Shown: piece by piece, positions 61,737-64,000 of the stretch
Position numbering within the stretch: position 1 is the first letter of the stretch
How the letters are laid out: each line of letters begins with the position of its first letter
NCBI RefSeq assembly: GCF_902459465.1
Contig: NC_047074.1
Coordinates: 12,524,001 to 12,588,000 of the forward strand
From: Asterias rubens
Lineage: Eukaryota
Direction of reading: 5' to 3'
DNA length: 64,000 bases
The notes under the pieces: model-generated
Told to the model about the DNA's origin: nothing
What the model saw: the letters and a program-made list of their open reading frames with translations, nothing else
Databases searched by the model: none
Made by a program: the position numbers and the translations under genes

Positions 61737-62207
61737 TTATAGTTGCAGAAGATTACTGAAGCTGATCTCGTGCGGAAGCGCTGAACGGCGGGGGTAGAAT
61801 GTATGATGCAGCGAGTACGAGTTGAGGTTACCGAGACATGACATGTAGATATCCGCAAAGCGACAGAGCCTTGACGTGAAGTAGGACGGATTGTCGTATG
61901 TTCGAAAGACGCTACCAAACTGAGAGTTGAAGAGTGTCTTCGTAGTAATCCTGTAAGGAAATCACAGAACGCAAACCCACTGTAAGACAATTCTGTAGAA
62001 ATTATATAAGGAACTTTTAGGCCCCCAAACCCCCCAGAATAGATTTTGTAATATAAACATTGACTACTATCGTATGGATATTTGACAAGTTTTATGCTAG
62101 GAAAAAAAGGAGTGGGTCTTTAAGAAATGTATTGCATCTCACCTGAGTTGATGTCTTTCTCTCAGCCATTCTTGAACGACAGCTTGACATCCTGGATCTT
62201 CAAGAAC
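61737..62207 (-). CDS. NT5DC3: Last two coding exons of a 5'-nucleotidase domain-containing protein (NT5DC2/NT5DC3-like); rest of gene to the right
   Basis: Exons 62207-62143 and 61950-61737 splice in frame to ...[73 protein letters not shown], the conserved NT5DC2/3 C-terminus. Absent from the supplied ORF track in this frame. The paralog assignment is tentative. Confidence 0.88.
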
Positions 62208-62819
62208 CTTCACAAGTGGGGCAAAAAAAAAAAAATAATAATTAGGATTTGTCTAATAAAACAATCTTGTTTCTTAATAATGAGAGTCTTCAGTCAGATC
62301 TTACAGAAAGACTTAAAATCATTAGACTTATTCAATTGAAATACATTTTCAAATTTGATATTTTCTGGCCAACAATTTATTTTGTATTTGCTTTTCCCAT
62401 AAGCTAAATCGGAAAAAAGAAGAAGTAAAAAACACCTTAACTGACGCACCCCAACCAAAAACACACACCGAAACCAGGTGGATTGCATTCACGAAACTTC
62501 AAATCCTTGGTAAATTTCAGGCAACCACCTCCATCCCCCCAATAAAAGCAAAGTCCTCAAAAAGAGCAAAATGAACAAAATACCCCAGCAAAACCAGGAG
62601 GATACCATTCACAAAACAACTACTACATTTCTTACTAAGCTAGTTTAAAATTAACAGCAGGGAATCTCAAGCAAGCCCATTGTCATTTGAGACAATACTG
62701 TTTTGCAAGATGGGGAATTCCCATCCTGATACTACAATGTCAGTTAAGCCTGGAAGATTAGGAAGGAAGTTTGTGACTTCCCTTAGCAAGGGAAAACACA
62801 AGTTGACACACCCATCGCA

Positions 62820-63210
62820 ATGATTGATGCAAAAGACCAATCGATTGATATAAAAGACCAATCGATCGATGCAAAAGACTGATCAATGAAAAGGACCGAT
62901 GATCAATGAAAAGGACTGATCCGTCAATGAAAAGGACCTATCGATCAGAGAAAAGGACCGATCGATCAATGACCGATTGATTGATGAAAAGGATTCATCG
63001 ATCAATTAAAAGGACCTATTGATCAATTAAAAGGACTGATTGATCAGATAAAAGGACTGATTGATCAATGAAAAGGACTGATCGATCAAAAAAGGACCTA
63101 TCGATCAATCAAAAGGACCGATCGGTCAATGAAAAGGACCGATGTACCAATTGATTGATGAAACAGGTCGATTAATAAAACGAACTGATTGATTGATGAA
63201 AAGGACACAT
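62820..63210. repeat. Degenerate minisatellite, unit about 21 bp (GATCAATGAAAAGGACYGATC)
   Basis: More than a dozen recurrences of AAAAGGAC at about 20-21 bp spacing, in an NT5DC intron. Confidence 0.85.
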
Positions 63211-64000
63211 CAAACAATGCGAAAGACTGACCAATTGAAACAAAAGAATGACAGAAACTAGGTCCTTGGGGTGAGAACTTTCAAAGGGGACTAAAAAGAA
63301 TTATACTTGATACACAAAAAAAGATTTTGAGTATGATAACTTCCTGATTTACTTAATAAAAGTGTCTGTGAGTACACATTGAAAGACGACAATGCTGTCT
63401 AGACCCTTTTCAGTTTGGGGTTTATGGCATCATGCTGGAATTACCCAACTCTATAGCTGGCACTCATAGGTACATCAAGTGCAAAGCTTGATTAATAGCC
63501 CAGGATTGCAAAACTAGTTTGCTGAGAATTTGTCCCACTTTTCCCTTTTAGGTGGCCCAGTCGGCTTTGTTTACCTTAGTGCCTGCCTAACTGTGAAACC
63601 AACATTTACTTTTGCTGATGAAAATGTCAATACAAATAAGATTGGCTTTGTCAAATACAAATGAAATGTCAAACTCTATGTGGACTTATCAATAAGGACT
63701 TGTGTACTTTCTATTTTATAATGGATGTCTGAAAAGTTGCATGGCGTGTTTTGCAATCCAGGGGTGTGCATGTTTATTGGTAGTCAGTCAAGTAGACAAT
63801 AGTTGGGTCAACAGACAGATGAAAATCAGGACTTGAGAGATTGGGGGGCCTGATTTTCACTAAGTCCTAAGATTGTTCTTCAAAGATGTGTAATTTTATT
63901 TTATTTGATTTCATTAGGAGTTAGGTTGGCGCAGTTGTTTCTTGCCTCGCCTTCCACCTCTTGGACCCAGGTTCGAATCCTACCAGAGGGCACTATGTGG

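Noticed and set aside
815-62207. U12-type (AT-AC or GTATCCTT) introns and in-frame Sec/readthrough stops
   Set aside because: None found among the traced junctions. All are GT-AG except the one GC-AG, and no internal stops occur in the spliced frames.
62820-63210. Regularly spaced repeat as a CRISPR-like array
   Set aside because: Eukaryotic context, degenerate units and no unique spacers.

Overview
AT-rich, intron-rich eukaryotic (animal) genomic DNA. Gene models and repeat content suggest a marine deuterostome, probably a sea star; this is an inference, not a database result. Six protein-coding loci were reconstructed by hand from splice signals and recalled homology. (1) COG3, minus strand, 21 coding exons traced, last exon not identified. 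(2) PARL rhomboid protease, plus strand, 9 exons, head-to-head with COG3. (3) IFT81, minus strand, 13 coding exons, one GC-AG intron. (4) A BTB-BACK protein, plus strand, head-to-head with IFT81. (5) An EPSTI1-like gene, minus strand, with an apparent C-terminal CUE-like domain and kappaB-type sites just upstream. (6) An intronless Spot14/MID1IP1-family gene with an SRE/CCAAT/CRE/TATA promoter. The last two exons of a seventh gene, NT5DC2/3-like, lie at the right end. Introns and spacers hold many non-autonomous elements: TTAA-flanked Kolobok-like MITEs, CWG/TWA-flanked Harbinger-like MITEs, an 8-bp-TSD MITE, tRNA-derived SINEs and Penelope-type hammerhead-like motifs. Most notable observations: four local tandem duplications that copy an exon boundary and leave decoy splice sites; the EPSTI1-CUE architecture; a hammerhead-like motif in an IFT81 intron; and a PARL acceptor whose pyrimidine tract is replaced by a (TGAT)n microsatellite. 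Most ORFs in the supplied six-frame track are exon fragments or noise. Coordinates were counted by eye, so repeat boundaries may be off by a few bases.
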